The notes: generated by a model from the sequence alone, not told the origin. 64,000 nucleotides of DNA from a virus (IMGVR_UViG_3300046713_000250:1597-65596), one strand, 5' to 3'. Positions 35,093 through 44,357 are shown, counted from the stretch's first letter. Numbers and translations: made by a program.

Positions 35093-35784
35093 TCACCATC
35101 CCGACCACCGAGCTGATCGGCGGCATTCAGGACATGCTGCCCATCGTGCTCGACGACAAGTCCGACCTCGCCGGTCTCGCGATCGAGTGGGACGGCGAGG
35201 CCCTGCATTTCACGGCCTACGACGTGTTCGCCGCGGCCACCGTCGCATGGTTCCCCGGCGAGGGCGCCGAGGGCGAGGTCGACGACGACGAGGACGACAT
35301 CCACTGGGGCGGCGACGACAGCCCCTGGCGCACCTGGATCTACCTCGACGCGGCCAAGGAGATCGTCAAGCTGTTCAAGCTGCCGGCCAAGCTCTGGCGC
35401 ACGCCGGTCACCCTCAAGTGCACGCCCGTCGGCGACCTGCTGATCGAGCGCATCGACAGCCCGCGCGGCAACCGCGAGCTCCGCGTGCCCGGCGACCCGG
35501 ACAAGGCGCGGCGCGACATCCCCCACATCGAGGCGATCCGGCACCCGCAGGGCATCGGGATCAACGGCTATCCCGATCCGGTCAGCTTCTTCCACGCCCG
35601 CCTCGGCGCGTTCGGCGCCGCTCGCGCGCACGGAACGCTGACCATGACGTTCGGCGCTGTCGACAACCCGGTCGCCGTCGCGATGGGCAGCCGGTACGCA
35701 GGCTTCATCTACCCGACCGGAGCCAAGAACGTCCGCCCATTCAACTTCCTGCGCGACGGTGCGGGCGTGCTGGCCGACCACTGA
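35089..35784 (+). CDS. Divergent beta-clamp-like protein
   Basis: 'ITIPTTEL...LAGLAIEWDGEALHFTAYD.F', C-terminal 'PVAVAMGSRYAGFIYP'. Confidence 0.45.
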   Translation: MITIPTTELIGGIQDMLPIVLDDKSDLAGLAIEWDGEALHFTAYDVFAAATVAWFPGEGAEGEVDDDEDDIHWGGDDSPWRTWIYLDAAKEIVKLFKLPAKLWRTPVTLKCTPVGDLLIERIDSPRGNRELRVPGDPDKARRDIPHIEAIRHPQGIGINGYPDPVSFFHARLGAFGAARAHGTLTMTFGAVDNPVAVAMGSRYAGFIYPTGAKNVRPFNFLRDGAGVLADH

Positions 35785-35795
35785 CCCCGGACACA

Positions 35796-35827
35796 CGAAC
35801 GGGGCGGTCGTGGGGCCGCCCCGTTCG
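35796..35827 (+). terminator. Hairpin terminator
   Basis: CGAACGGGGCGG...CCGCCCCGTTCG after the stop codon. Confidence 0.7.
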
Positions 35828-35880
35828 CCGAGAGGAGATCCGGGTTCACCGTGATCTCTAGAGGAGCTTCGATCGTACCC

Positions 35881-36927
35881 ATGACCACTGACTCTCTGCT
35901 CACCGACGTTCTGGACCGCCTCGCCCGCATCGACTGGCCCGCGGTCCTGCTGGTCGCCGTCCCGGCCGCGCTGGCGCTGGTCGTGGTGTTCGCCCTGACC
36001 TCCAAGAAGCCGGACCGCCGGGTCGCGCTGATCGCCACCACGATCGGGCTGACCTGGATGGCGCAGGGCATGTGGCAGGCCGCGACGACCGTCTACCACG
36101 TGCCGGCCCTGTTCGCCGGCGTGCTGTTCCTGCTCTTCGAGACGTTCATGCTCTCAGCGATGCTGCGGGCCAACCGCTTCCGCACCGACCACGAGCGCCG
36201 CGCCCGCCCGGTGCGCTTCGTCTGGTCGCTGGCGGTGATCGGCGGCACGGTGGTCGCGCTGGCCGAGGGTTGGCATCAGGCGCCGCTGCGCTTCGTCGTC
36301 CCGCTGCTGGTCGCCTGGAACTGGCACCTGGACCTTACCGGCGACGACGACCCGGAGAAGCAGCAACCGACCTCGTGGCGCTGGACGCCGCGGCGCCTGT
36401 TGCTGGCCCTCGGCGCGCTGGAGCCGACCAAGCGCGACGCGGTGACAATCGACCGCGAGCGGCTGACCGCCCGGATGACGATGCTCTCGTTCCGCCTGTC
36501 CCGCGGCGACTCCACGGTCTCCGATCTGCTGCGCCGCGACGTGCGCCTGGCCAAGCTGGCGCTGTCCGCCGACGACGCCATCGTCGCCGACATGCACACC
36601 CGGCTGGCCCGGGCCGAAGGCGTACTGAAGCCGCCCGCGCCGGCCAAGCCGAAGAGCACGCTCGAGATCCCGCGCCGAGAGATCATCCTCCCCCGCGAGG
36701 GAACCCAGGGCGTGCACGTCCGCGACGGCCAGGTGCTGCGCGGTACCGATCTCAAGGCCGACGCCCTCGTGGTGATGTGGTCGTCGATGTCCGCCGACCG
36801 CCCTCGCGGCATGACGATCGCGGAGCTGGCCGCCCACTACGACCCGCCGCTCAAGCAGCGCACCGCCGAGCAGTTCGCCGCCGACGCGCGCCGGACGAAC
36901 GGCCACGACCTCACCGGAAGGCCCTGA
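35881..36927 (+). CDS. Multi-TM protein resembling plasmid/AICE spread (SpdB/DUF2637-like) proteins
   Basis: 4-5 N-terminal TM helices, 'WRWTPRRLLLALG...DRER', Pro-rich linker, C-terminal HTH-like segment. Confidence 0.55.
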   Translation: MTTDSLLTDVLDRLARIDWPAVLLVAVPAALALVVVFALTSKKPDRRVALIATTIGLTWMAQGMWQAATTVYHVPALFAGVLFLLFETFMLSAMLRANRFRTDHERRARPVRFVWSLAVIGGTVVALAEGWHQAPLRFVVPLLVAWNWHLDLTGDDDPEKQQPTSWRWTPRRLLLALGALEPTKRDAVTIDRERLTARMTMLSFRLSRGDSTVSDLLRRDVRLAKLALSADDAIVADMHTRLARAEGVLKPPAPAKPKSTLEIPRREIILPREGTQGVHVRDGQVLRGTDLKADALVVMWSSMSADRPRGMTIAELAAHYDPPLKQRTAEQFAADARRTNGHDLTGRP

Positions 36928-36928
36928 C

Positions 36929-37168
36929 ATGGAGATCGCTTTCTACCTCCGCCAGGTCATCAGCCAGGGAGAGAAGTGGACCCGCACCGAGGGGTGGCCC
37001 ACCGCCGAGTGCATCCCCCGCAAGGGTGAACTCGTCAGGGTGACCGTGACGGCCAACGATGGCGCGCTGGTCCAGCGGGAGATGCGCGTGGTCGAGGTAC
37101 TTCACACCGGCCCGCGCACCGTGCAGGTCTACCTCGTCCCGACCAGCGTCAAGGCTGGGTCCCTCTAG
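36929..37168 (+). CDS. Hypothetical protein
   Basis: 79 aa, 'IPRKGELV'. Confidence 0.55.
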   Translation: MEIAFYLRQVISQGEKWTRTEGWPTAECIPRKGELVRVTVTANDGALVQREMRVVEVLHTGPRTVQVYLVPTSVKAGSL

Positions 37169-37246
37169 ACCTGACAGGCCTGTGGCATCGTCCCCTGTCC
37201 GATGCCTTGGTTAGCGCCCCATCCCGAGGCGTGGCCGATTCGGGTA

Positions 37247-37285
37247 GCGGACCCCCGCTGAGTTGCGACCTCAGCGGGGGTCCGC
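37247..37285 (+). terminator. 16-bp perfect hairpin
   Basis: GCGGACCCCCGCTGAG-7nt-CTCAGCGGGGGTCCGC. Confidence 0.75.
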
Positions 37286-37305
37286 GCCATCTGGCCATCC
37301 CAGGG

Positions 37306-37337
37306 TTGCGCTCCCTTTCTACTGGGAGTACAGTAAG
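37306..37337 (+). promoter_or_regulatory. Promoter TTGCGC-N17-TACAGT with TACTG-N6-CAGTA
   Basis: ttgcgc 37306-37311, tacagt 37329-37334. Confidence 0.8.
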
Positions 37338-37361
37338 GTTATCGAGAGCAAGGGGGACGAG

Positions 37362-37664
37362 ATGTACACCTCGGGTCGCACGGTCAAGAGCACCGCCCGC
37401 AAGCTGAACACGGGCCTTACGGTCCAGAAGGCCACCCGCGACGCGCGCCGGATCGTCGAGCAGGTAATGCCGAGCATCGGCGTAACGGTCGATTCCCGGA
37501 TTGGTTGGGATCTCGATGCCAACCGCGAGACCGTGGTCACCACGATCACCTACCCGCGCGACCACGCGGCACGGCACCTGCTCGTCAAGACGCTGGCGCT
37601 CCGCATCGATGGGGCGTCCCTGGTCGACACCGACTCCCGCATCACGATCACCCGGATGGTGTGA
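37362..37664 (+). CDS. Hypothetical protein
   Basis: First gene after the promoter; SD present. Confidence 0.55.
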   Translation: MYTSGRTVKSTARKLNTGLTVQKATRDARRIVEQVMPSIGVTVDSRIGWDLDANRETVVTTITYPRDHAARHLLVKTLALRIDGASLVDTDSRITITRMV

Positions 37665-37665
37665 G

Positions 37666-37944
37666 ATGGCCCGCCTGTTCGTCACCAACGACAACCAGAC
37701 TGCCCGCGTCGAGATCACTCCCGACGACCACGACGGGGCGTCGTACGTCGCCATCTGCCCCGGTCACGCGACCGGCCGCGGTCTCGACCACGACAACCTC
37801 GTCCACGACACGCACGAGATGTGGAGCCTGGAGGACACGATCGAGGTCGCCTCGATCCACGTGGACGCGTGCACCCGCTGCGCCGACCCCGACTGCCGTA
37901 CCCCTGGCCGCCACGACGCGGGCCACCGCTGCCGCAAGAACTGA
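37666..37944 (+). CDS. Cys/His-rich hypothetical protein
   Basis: ...CTRCADPDC...H..GHRC. Confidence 0.5.
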   Translation: MARLFVTNDNQTARVEITPDDHDGASYVAICPGHATGRGLDHDNLVHDTHEMWSLEDTIEVASIHVDACTRCADPDCRTPGRHDAGHRCRKN

Positions 37945-37954
37945 GGAGACGACC

Positions 37955-38374
37955 ATGGCCACCGTGCCCAACTGGATCGCCAAGGCGGTCATCTACGAGA
38001 GCCTCGACTACGGCCGTCGAGCCCGCGTCATCCCGACGACCGGATGGCGCGCCACCAAGACTCAGGTCATCGTCACCTACGACGGTCCGCGCGGACCCAG
38101 CGAGCGCCGGTTCAGGCTGGCCGACCTTCGGGAGGTGCGCAGCCAGAATGCATGGCACGGCAATCTGGCTAGCCTGGCTGACCCCTCCGAAGATCGGGTA
38201 GTGGAGGCTCGCGCCGAAATGGTCCGCAGTTCTGCGGTGGCCACGCTGAAGAAGGTCATTGAGGACACGCGCCTCGACGCTTCCGCGATGGACGCCGAAG
38301 CGCTGGTGCTCGCCATCGGCCGCATCCAGCGCGCGGCCACCAAAGCGCTCGCCGCGCTCGCGGACGTGCTCTGA
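37955..38374 (+). CDS. Hypothetical protein
   Basis: GAGGAGACG SD; 139 aa. Confidence 0.55.
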   Translation: MATVPNWIAKAVIYESLDYGRRARVIPTTGWRATKTQVIVTYDGPRGPSERRFRLADLREVRSQNAWHGNLASLADPSEDRVVEARAEMVRSSAVATLKKVIEDTRLDASAMDAEALVLAIGRIQRAATKALAALADVL

Positions 38375-38964
38375 TGGCCGCGCGCCCGATCTACGGCTAC
38401 GTCTACGAGCTGATTCTGGCCGGCCAGTCCGACACCGATCACTCGTATGTCGGCATGACCACCACGACGATCCACCGCCGCGTACACGGATCGAGCGGCC
38501 ACACCTCGGCCGGGGACGTGGCGCACGATCCGTGGAAGGCCGGCATCCTGCCCGGCCGCGACGGCTACCGCTGCCTGGAGATCGTGCGCAGCACCGGCGA
38601 CATGGGCGAGGATGACCGCGCTCTCCGTCGCGCCGAGGCGTTCTGGATCGACCGACTGCGCCCTGTCTACAACGACGTGCGCCCGGTCCGGCCGGCCGGT
38701 GAGCGCATCCCGCGTTCCCGCCGGCCTCCCGCCAGTCCGGCTCCGAACCGTATCGCCGGGCGACGCCGCCGCCGCAAGGTCGGCAAGCCGATCGCGCTGG
38801 CCCTGCTCATCGCCGCGTGCACCTACCTGTCCGCCCGCGGTCTGCTCATGATGCAACTGCCCTGGCCGCAGGTCCCGTGGGTGGGCGCGCCGGTGCTCGG
38901 CGTCGCGCTCGGCTGGTCCGCCTTCTGGCGCGTCCACCGCGCCCTTAGGAAGTTGGTTCGCTGA
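38374..38964 (+). CDS. GIY-YIG nuclease-like domain with two C-terminal TM helices
   Basis: 'GYVY...YVGMT...RR...H','AEAFWI...RPVYN', then RRRRRK and two hydrophobic helices. Confidence 0.7.
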   Translation: MAARPIYGYVYELILAGQSDTDHSYVGMTTTTIHRRVHGSSGHTSAGDVAHDPWKAGILPGRDGYRCLEIVRSTGDMGEDDRALRRAEAFWIDRLRPVYNDVRPVRPAGERIPRSRRPPASPAPNRIAGRRRRRKVGKPIALALLIAACTYLSARGLLMMQLPWPQVPWVGAPVLGVALGWSAFWRVHRALRKLVR

Positions 38965-39152
38965 TGAACGAGATTGAGCACGTCGGTGGAGTGGCCTGGT
39001 ATCAGGCGCCCATCCCTCGTAAGTGGCATCGGTGTCGCGCGCAAACTCGTGGCTGGGTCCGCCTCTACGGGGTCGAGCGCTGCGCCTGCGGTGCCATTCG
39101 GCTCAACGGCCGGGTGTGGATGGAGCGCAACACCCGTTTTGTTGTGCCCTAA
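38964..39152 (+). CDS. Small Cys protein
   Basis: 'HRCRAQTRG...ERCACGA'. Confidence 0.5.
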   Translation: MNEIEHVGGVAWYQAPIPRKWHRCRAQTRGWVRLYGVERCACGAIRLNGRVWMERNTRFVVP

Positions 39153-39207
39153 AACGGACAGCCGCGCCCACGTGACTCACACGCGCCCTGTCTGGCATAC
39201 TGGGCTC

Positions 39208-39429
39208 ATGACTGACGACGCGTCTCGATTGACCGATATCAACGTACATCCGACCTATCAGGCAAGCTTGCGCCTGACGTGCGGCGCGACCGTCCACATC
39301 ACCGTGCTGGACGGCGAGATCCTGACTGACATCCGCGACGACAATGGCCACCCGGTCGGCGTGCGGATTTCCGGCATCGAGGCGGCCGAGATCGCGTCGA
39401 TGCTGAACGCCGCCGACCGGAACTGCTGA
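39208..39429 (+). CDS. Hypothetical protein, probably leaderless, first gene of the bldC-traB operon
   Basis: CATACT-N6-ATG; TGATG coupling to bldC. Confidence 0.5.
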   Translation: MTDDASRLTDINVHPTYQASLRLTCGATVHITVLDGEILTDIRDDNGHPVGVRISGIEAAEIASMLNAADRNC

Positions 39430-39638
39430 TGAACACTGACGCCCTAGGCGGCGATCCGCTGCTCACCCCCGCCGAGGTGGCCTCGCTGTTCCGGGTGGAT
39501 CCCAAGACGGTGAACCGGTGGGCGAAGGCCGGTCGTATCCGCAGTATCCGCACGCTGGGCGGTCATCGCCGCTACCGCGAGTCCGAGGTTCGTGCGCTGC
39601 TGGAAGGCGAGCAAGATGGCGACCAAGACCCACGCTGA
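39429..39638 (+). CDS. bldC: BldC-family MerR-like developmental regulator
   Basis: 'LLTPAEVASLFRVDPKTVNRWAKAGRIRSIRTLGGHRRYRESEVRALL', very close to the actinomycete BldC core. Confidence 0.9.
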   Translation: MNTDALGGDPLLTPAEVASLFRVDPKTVNRWAKAGRIRSIRTLGGHRRYRESEVRALLEGEQDGDQDPR

Positions 39639-41973
39639 GACCGCGCCGCGCTCGGGCGGCTCGCTCATGCACCAGCCGCGCCGGTTCGCCGGTCTGTTCC
39701 TCGCCCCGCTGGCCGGCCTGCCGGCCGCGTGGCTGATCCACGTCTGGACGTCCGGCATCGACCTGCACGCCGGACCGATCAATTGGACGGTGCCGGTCGG
39801 GCCTGCCGCCGAGCCGATCGCGATCACCCTGCTGGCGTGGGTGACCATCGGCATGTGCTGGGTGGCGTGGCACTTCACCGCCCACCGCGAGACCCCGAAG
39901 CGGGTCGCGCTCGCCGCGTCGGTCGGCATCCTCGGCATCCTCTTCGAGATCAACGTCGGCACGGGCCCCGACTACTGGTGGTCGCCGCTGTTCGTCGCCG
40001 CCGGCTGGGCGGTCGCCGTGACGTGGTCGCTGGCCCGGCTCGACGTCGCCCGCAACGACCGGCACGGCGAGGTGGAGGAGAAGGAGGACGGCCTGGCCAA
40101 GAAGCTGGGCATCAGCAAGCTGACCCGCTTCTTCCCGAAGGTCGTGCGCGACGAGAAGACCGGCGAGCCCATCCGCATCGACATCGCCACCCACCACGCG
40201 CCCGGCGAGACGGTCGCCGTGATGCAGGACGGTCTCGGCTCGCTGGAGTCGGTCGCCCAGGGCCCGCCCGGCATGTCCACCGCCGTCGGCGACCCGGACC
40301 GCGCCGACCGCTCGACGACCACGCTGCTGCTGAAGAATCCGTTCCGCAATCACATCCCGGTCGGCCCGCCCACCTCGCCCGGCGGGAGCATCGCCGACCT
40401 GTCCTCCGTCGCCGACTACGCCGACGGCAAGCCTGCGTTCGTCACCACGGCCGCGGGCAAACACATGGCCAGCTCGACCTCGTACGCCCTGATCGGCATG
40501 ACCCGCTCCGGCAAGACCGGCACCGAGACGCAACTGCTCACCGAGTGGGGCTCGCGGATCGACTGGGTCTGCCTCTACCTCAACCAGGCGAAGGGTCTCC
40601 AGGACATCCGCCCCCTGCTGCCGATCATCGAGGCGGCGGTCATCGCGGAGGACGGCGAAGCCGGCGTCGGCGACTACCTGATCGCGTTCGGCCAGTTGCG
40701 CGCCATGATGACCTACCGCCAGCAGGAGCTCGCCCGATTCGCCGTCTCGGCCTGGTCGCCGCGCTGCTGCGATCCGAACCCCGACCGGCGCCCGACCGCG
40801 CTGATCGGCGGTCGCCGCGTGCCGATGGATCCCATGCCGTTCCTGACTGCGCACGTCGGCGAGGCGGACTCGATCCTCGCCTCGGGCCGGGCCTCGAGCG
40901 AGTCGGTATACATCGCCAGCAAGGGCCTGTCGCTCGGCGTCAACACCGGCTGGTCGCTGCAGCGCCCGGACTGGAAGGCGATGCCGACCGACCTGCGGGC
41001 GAACATCGGCCTGTGGTTCGTGCACGGCATGAACAACACCGACGAGGAGGACTTCGTCCTCGACCAGGACGTCCGGATGGCGGGCGCACACCCCGGGAAA
41101 TGGGGTCAGCGCAAGCCTGGCCAGCACATCATGACCGGCCCCGGAATCGACGAGGCGCGTTTCCCGATCGCCCTCAAGACGCGCTTTCTCGTCGGCGATG
41201 CCGAGGATGAGCACGGCCGCCCGATCGATTTCGACACGCTCAATGACCGGTACATGGCCGAGATGCTGCGCCGCAATATCGCCAGCGCCCCGGGAATGGC
41301 GCGCCTCGATCGCGGCTCGGCCGACGCGACCGACGGATGGTGGGACGCGCAGGCCGCAAAGACGGTGGATCTGCGGGCCCGCATGCTCGATCCGCAATCC
41401 GCAACCGAGTCCGCAACCGCACCCCGCAACGTCGTGCACCTTGCGGACCGCACCCCGCAACCCGCAACCGACGATGCGGACGACATCGACCCGGAGGAGA
41501 TGGACGAGATGATCGCAGAGTTCGAGCAGGACGTTGCGGAGACGACGGAGGTGGGCGGCATCGAGCTCTACGGCAACGACGACGACACCGAGGCGATCCG
41601 GGCGATGGACACCCGCGTCGAATTCCGCCCGCCGGACATGGACGACGACCCGCTCGCCGACAGCGCCGAGGACGACAAGCCGGCCGCAGTCAGCGCCGAG
41701 CAGGCCCGCGCCGAGGTCCGCGCCACGCTGGTCCGGATGCTGGCCGACAAGCGTTACGCCGATCGGAAGGTGCCCGGCACGGCGATCGTCACGCCGGCTC
41801 AGATCTTCGGCGAGCTCGGCCTGCGTTCCCGGCCGTGGGTCTCGGCGCAGCTGACCGACATGCTGATGGACGGTGGCTCGGTCGCCGACGGCGTGATCAT
41901 CGAGCGGCACGGCGACCCCCGGAAGGGTCAGTACCGCATCCGGCCGACCTCCGGCGACGATCACTCCCAGTGA
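39616..41973 (+). CDS. traB: TraB conjugative DNA translocase (FtsK/SpoIIIE family, Streptomyces plasmid/AICE type)
   Basis: N-terminal TM helices; Walker A 'GMTRSGKT'; 'SLQRP...RANIG'; 'GAHPGKWGQRKPG...PGIDEAR'; C-terminal wHTH 'RSRPWVS..L'. Confidence 0.85.
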   Translation: MATKTHAETAPRSGGSLMHQPRRFAGLFLAPLAGLPAAWLIHVWTSGIDLHAGPINWTVPVGPAAEPIAITLLAWVTIGMCWVAWHFTAHRETPKRVALAASVGILGILFEINVGTGPDYWWSPLFVAAGWAVAVTWSLARLDVARNDRHGEVEEKEDGLAKKLGISKLTRFFPKVVRDEKTGEPIRIDIATHHAPGETVAVMQDGLGSLESVAQGPPGMSTAVGDPDRADRSTTTLLLKNPFRNHIPVGPPTSPGGSIADLSSVADYADGKPAFVTTAAGKHMASSTSYALIGMTRSGKTGTETQLLTEWGSRIDWVCLYLNQAKGLQDIRPLLPIIEAAVIAEDGEAGVGDYLIAFGQLRAMMTYRQQELARFAVSAWSPRCCDPNPDRRPTALIGGRRVPMDPMPFLTAHVGEADSILASGRASSESVYIASKGLSLGVNTGWSLQRPDWKAMPTDLRANIGLWFVHGMNNTDEEDFVLDQDVRMAGAHPGKWGQRKPGQHIMTGPGIDEARFPIALKTRFLVGDAEDEHGRPIDFDTLNDRYMAEMLRRNIASAPGMARLDRGSADATDGWWDAQAAKTVDLRARMLDPQSATESATAPRNVVHLADRTPQPATDDADDIDPEEMDEMIAEFEQDVAETTEVGGIELYGNDDDTEAIRAMDTRVEFRPPDMDDDPLADSAEDDKPAAVSAEQARAEVRATLVRMLADKRYADRKVPGTAIVTPAQIFGELGLRSRPWVSAQLTDMLMDGGSVADGVIIERHGDPRKGQYRIRPTSGDDHSQ
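41392..41468 (+). repeat. CCGCAA(C) repeat cluster inside the traB linker
   Basis: Six direct copies (41392, 41399, 41411, 41424, 41455, 41462) and one inverted (41441). Confidence 0.8.
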
Positions 41974-41984
41974 TCAAACACCCG

Positions 41985-42110
41985 CTGACACCGACGAAGG
42001 TGTCAGGGGTCGCCGGTCGCCTCTTTTCCTTAAGGGAATCCCAGGGTGTCAGTCGATCTCTGACACCTCCTGACACCGGCCTGACGCGTGACCTGACACA
42101 CGCCTGACAG
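41985..42110. repeat. clt-like locus of CTGACACC 8-mers
   Basis: Direct at 41985, 42060, 42070, variants at 42081, 42093, 42104; inverted at 41999, 42045; intergenic directly after traB. Confidence 0.75.
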
Positions 42111-42143
42111 CAACGCACCGTGATCAAACGAGAGGGGACGATC

Positions 42144-42506
42144 GTGGCTGACGAGATGCTTCCGTGGCTCGTGGCACCGAGGAACAAGGCCGAGTTCAAC
42201 GACCTGGAGCGGCGCATGTCCGCGCTGAGCAACGAGATCTACACCAAGCTCCAGGTCATCTCGGCGCAGACAAACCACCGCCTGCGCACGCCCAAGACCG
42301 GCAGCAAGTGGGCGCAGAAGCTGGCGTGGGCCCGCGTAGATCTGCGTGCCTACGCCCGCTCGGTGACCAAGCCGATGGGCCAGTGCGCCGCCGCCGCCGA
42401 GGCGATGGGCAAGGCCTTCCGCCTGTCGCACGAGCGCTTCTACACCATCCACGCCACCGCCGCGCCGCGCTCCGGCGGCCGCGGTTCCGGCTTCGACTTC
42501 GACTGA
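42144..42506 (+). CDS. TraA-like plasmid transfer protein
   Basis: 'RAYARSVTKP...AAAAEAMGKAF...ERFY...GFDFD' resembles Streptomyces TraA; adjacent to traB/clt. Confidence 0.55.
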   Translation: MADEMLPWLVAPRNKAEFNDLERRMSALSNEIYTKLQVISAQTNHRLRTPKTGSKWAQKLAWARVDLRAYARSVTKPMGQCAAAAEAMGKAFRLSHERFYTIHATAAPRSGGRGSGFDFD

Positions 42507-42514
42507 GGAGCCCC

Positions 42515-42802
42515 ATGGATCTGTTCGAGCTGATCGAGGCGGTCATCTACCTGTCTGCGGATGTCCGTGCGTCCGCAGAGGTGCCCGCAGACGAGATGTC
42601 CGCAAGCCGCAAAGCCACCGAGGCCGTCGCGATCGAGCACGGCGTGCCGCCCGAGCGTGCGGCCGAGGTTGCGGAGGAGACGGAGCGGACGCTCACCGAG
42701 TTTGCGGACGCCCTGCACGCCGCCGGCCGGGCCGCCGAGAAGGTCAAGGCACTGTCCGAGAAGCACGCCGAGGAATTGAGGAAGCATGTCCAATCCATCT
42801 GA
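42515..42802 (+). CDS. Helical hypothetical protein
   Basis: GAGGAG SD; 95 aa. Confidence 0.55.
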   Translation: MDLFELIEAVIYLSADVRASAEVPADEMSASRKATEAVAIEHGVPPERAAEVAEETERTLTEFADALHAAGRAAEKVKALSEKHAEELRKHVQSI

Positions 42803-43157
42803 CACCATCCGACTCCTGCACGACCTCGAGGCCACGGCCGAAGCTATTCGCGACATTCAGCGCCGGATTGAGGCGATCATTACGGAGGTCAAGGGAAACG
42901 AGGACAACGACATCGCCGACCGTCTCGCGAAATCCGCCATCGCTGCGGGAATGCCGCCGGCCCGCGCGTTCGGTTATGCCGAGGAATACACGGCCAGGAC
43001 GGCCAGTGCCAGAACGCATCTCGGCACGTTGGTGGAGCACGGGACCCGTGCGTCGGACGCCGTCACGGCACTCATCCACATCGCCACCGTCGTCCCCCAT
43101 CGCTGCCCGAACCCGGGCACGGCCCTCGGCCGGCCCGCACTGGTGCTGACGAACTGA
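42786..43157 (+). CDS. Helical hypothetical protein
   Basis: 123 aa. Confidence 0.5.
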   Translation: MSNPSDTIRLLHDLEATAEAIRDIQRRIEAIITEVKGNEDNDIADRLAKSAIAAGMPPARAFGYAEEYTARTASARTHLGTLVEHGTRASDAVTALIHIATVVPHRCPNPGTALGRPALVLTN

Positions 43158-43402
43158 CCAAGCCGCCAAACGCCTAGCCCACCAAGCACGACTCGCATCC
43201 GGGGAGACACCGTGACCGCCTACAACCTGCCGGACGCTTCAAGGCTCTGGCCCTGCTGGCGAATGGCACACGCCGTGACGCGCGAGCGAGACCGGGGTTG
43301 GGTCGGCGTCGGCCCGCCCTGGACCTACCTGTGCTCGGACGTCGAGCGCGACCCGCCAGCCCGCCGCGCCGGCCACCAAGCCCTCACGCCAGGAGAAACC
43401 AC

Positions 43403-43663
43403 GTGACAACAGACCCGATGCCCGTCTTCACGATCAAGGCCAAGGACAAGCTCGCCCTACGCGCCGTCGACGCGTACCGCGTTCTCTGCGAAGGGCTGGG
43501 GCTGGACGAGCAGGCCCGGGAGGTTGAACGGGCCTACACCGAGATGGCCGAGTGGCGTCAGCGCAACCCCGGTGAGATCAAGCTGCCCGACCACAAGCAC
43601 GTACCGGCCCAGCCCGCGGCCGACCACCACGCCCGCCTCGCCGCCGGAACGGAGGAGGGCTGA
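43403..43663 (+). CDS. Phage hypothetical protein
   Basis: 'PVFTIKAKDKLA...W...KLPD'; AGGAG SD. Confidence 0.6.
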   Translation: MTTDPMPVFTIKAKDKLALRAVDAYRVLCEGLGLDEQAREVERAYTEMAEWRQRNPGEIKLPDHKHVPAQPAADHHARLAAGTEEG

Positions 43664-43664
43664 C

Positions 43665-43871
43665 ATGGCCGACACTGCCGCGATCGTCCGGCTCATGAAA
43701 CACGCCGCCGACCGGCTCGCCGAAGAGGACGCGCAGGAGATTGCGTCGCTCGGGACCAGATCGGAACGTGTCGAACTGGCGGCATCCGCAGCGATCGCCA
43801 TGGCCTACGCCGAGGCGATCCTGCGGACCGTGGCGGCCGCGCTCGACGAGACGCCCGAGGTGACCCCGTGA
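43665..43871 (+). CDS. Hypothetical protein
   Basis: GGAGG SD. Confidence 0.5.
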   Translation: MADTAAIVRLMKHAADRLAEEDAQEIASLGTRSERVELAASAAIAMAYAEAILRTVAAALDETPEVTP

Positions 43872-43966
43872 CCGACCTGCGCGACCGGCTCGCCACGCGA
43901 TGACGGGGCGCTGACGACGCTCCGTGTTCTAATGGAGACACCGAGGGGAGACGAGAGGTAACCGGG

Positions 43967-44344
43967 ATGCTGAGCAAGGAAGAGTGGAACGCCACGTCGG
44001 AGCGGGCCGCGGCCGCCAAGTACGGCGAGCGGCACGCGGGATGGCTCCGCTTCCGGCGCTTCGGCGCCGTACCTACCGGCATCGTGATCGGTGCCGGCGC
44101 GCTCGGCCTCGGCGCGTGGTGGCTGTTCGCCCATGTGCTCGTCCCACTCTTCACCGGCTCGGGCCCCGGTCTCGGACACCTGCCGATCGGCTTCATCCTG
44201 GTCGTAGCCATCGTCTTCATCGGCACGGTCGCCGCCTGGCGGGTAGCGGTCCCCTCGGCGCCGTTTCTGATCGTCCGCGGCCTGCTGACCGTTCTCGTCT
44301 GGCTCGGCCTGGGCGCGTACGCGGTGGCGCTGCTCGCCTCCTGA
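43967..44344 (+). CDS. Three-TM membrane protein
   Basis: Three hydrophobic segments. Confidence 0.55.
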   Translation: MLSKEEWNATSERAAAAKYGERHAGWLRFRRFGAVPTGIVIGAGALGLGAWWLFAHVLVPLFTGSGPGLGHLPIGFILVVAIVFIGTVAAWRVAVPSAPFLIVRGLLTVLVWLGLGAYAVALLAS

Positions 44345-44357
44345 TTCACCTGTACTT

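Noticed and set aside
39429-39638. Excisionase implying an integration module
   Set aside because: Sequence follows BldC closely and no tyrosine or serine recombinase was recognised; a gene in the small unseen gap cannot be excluded
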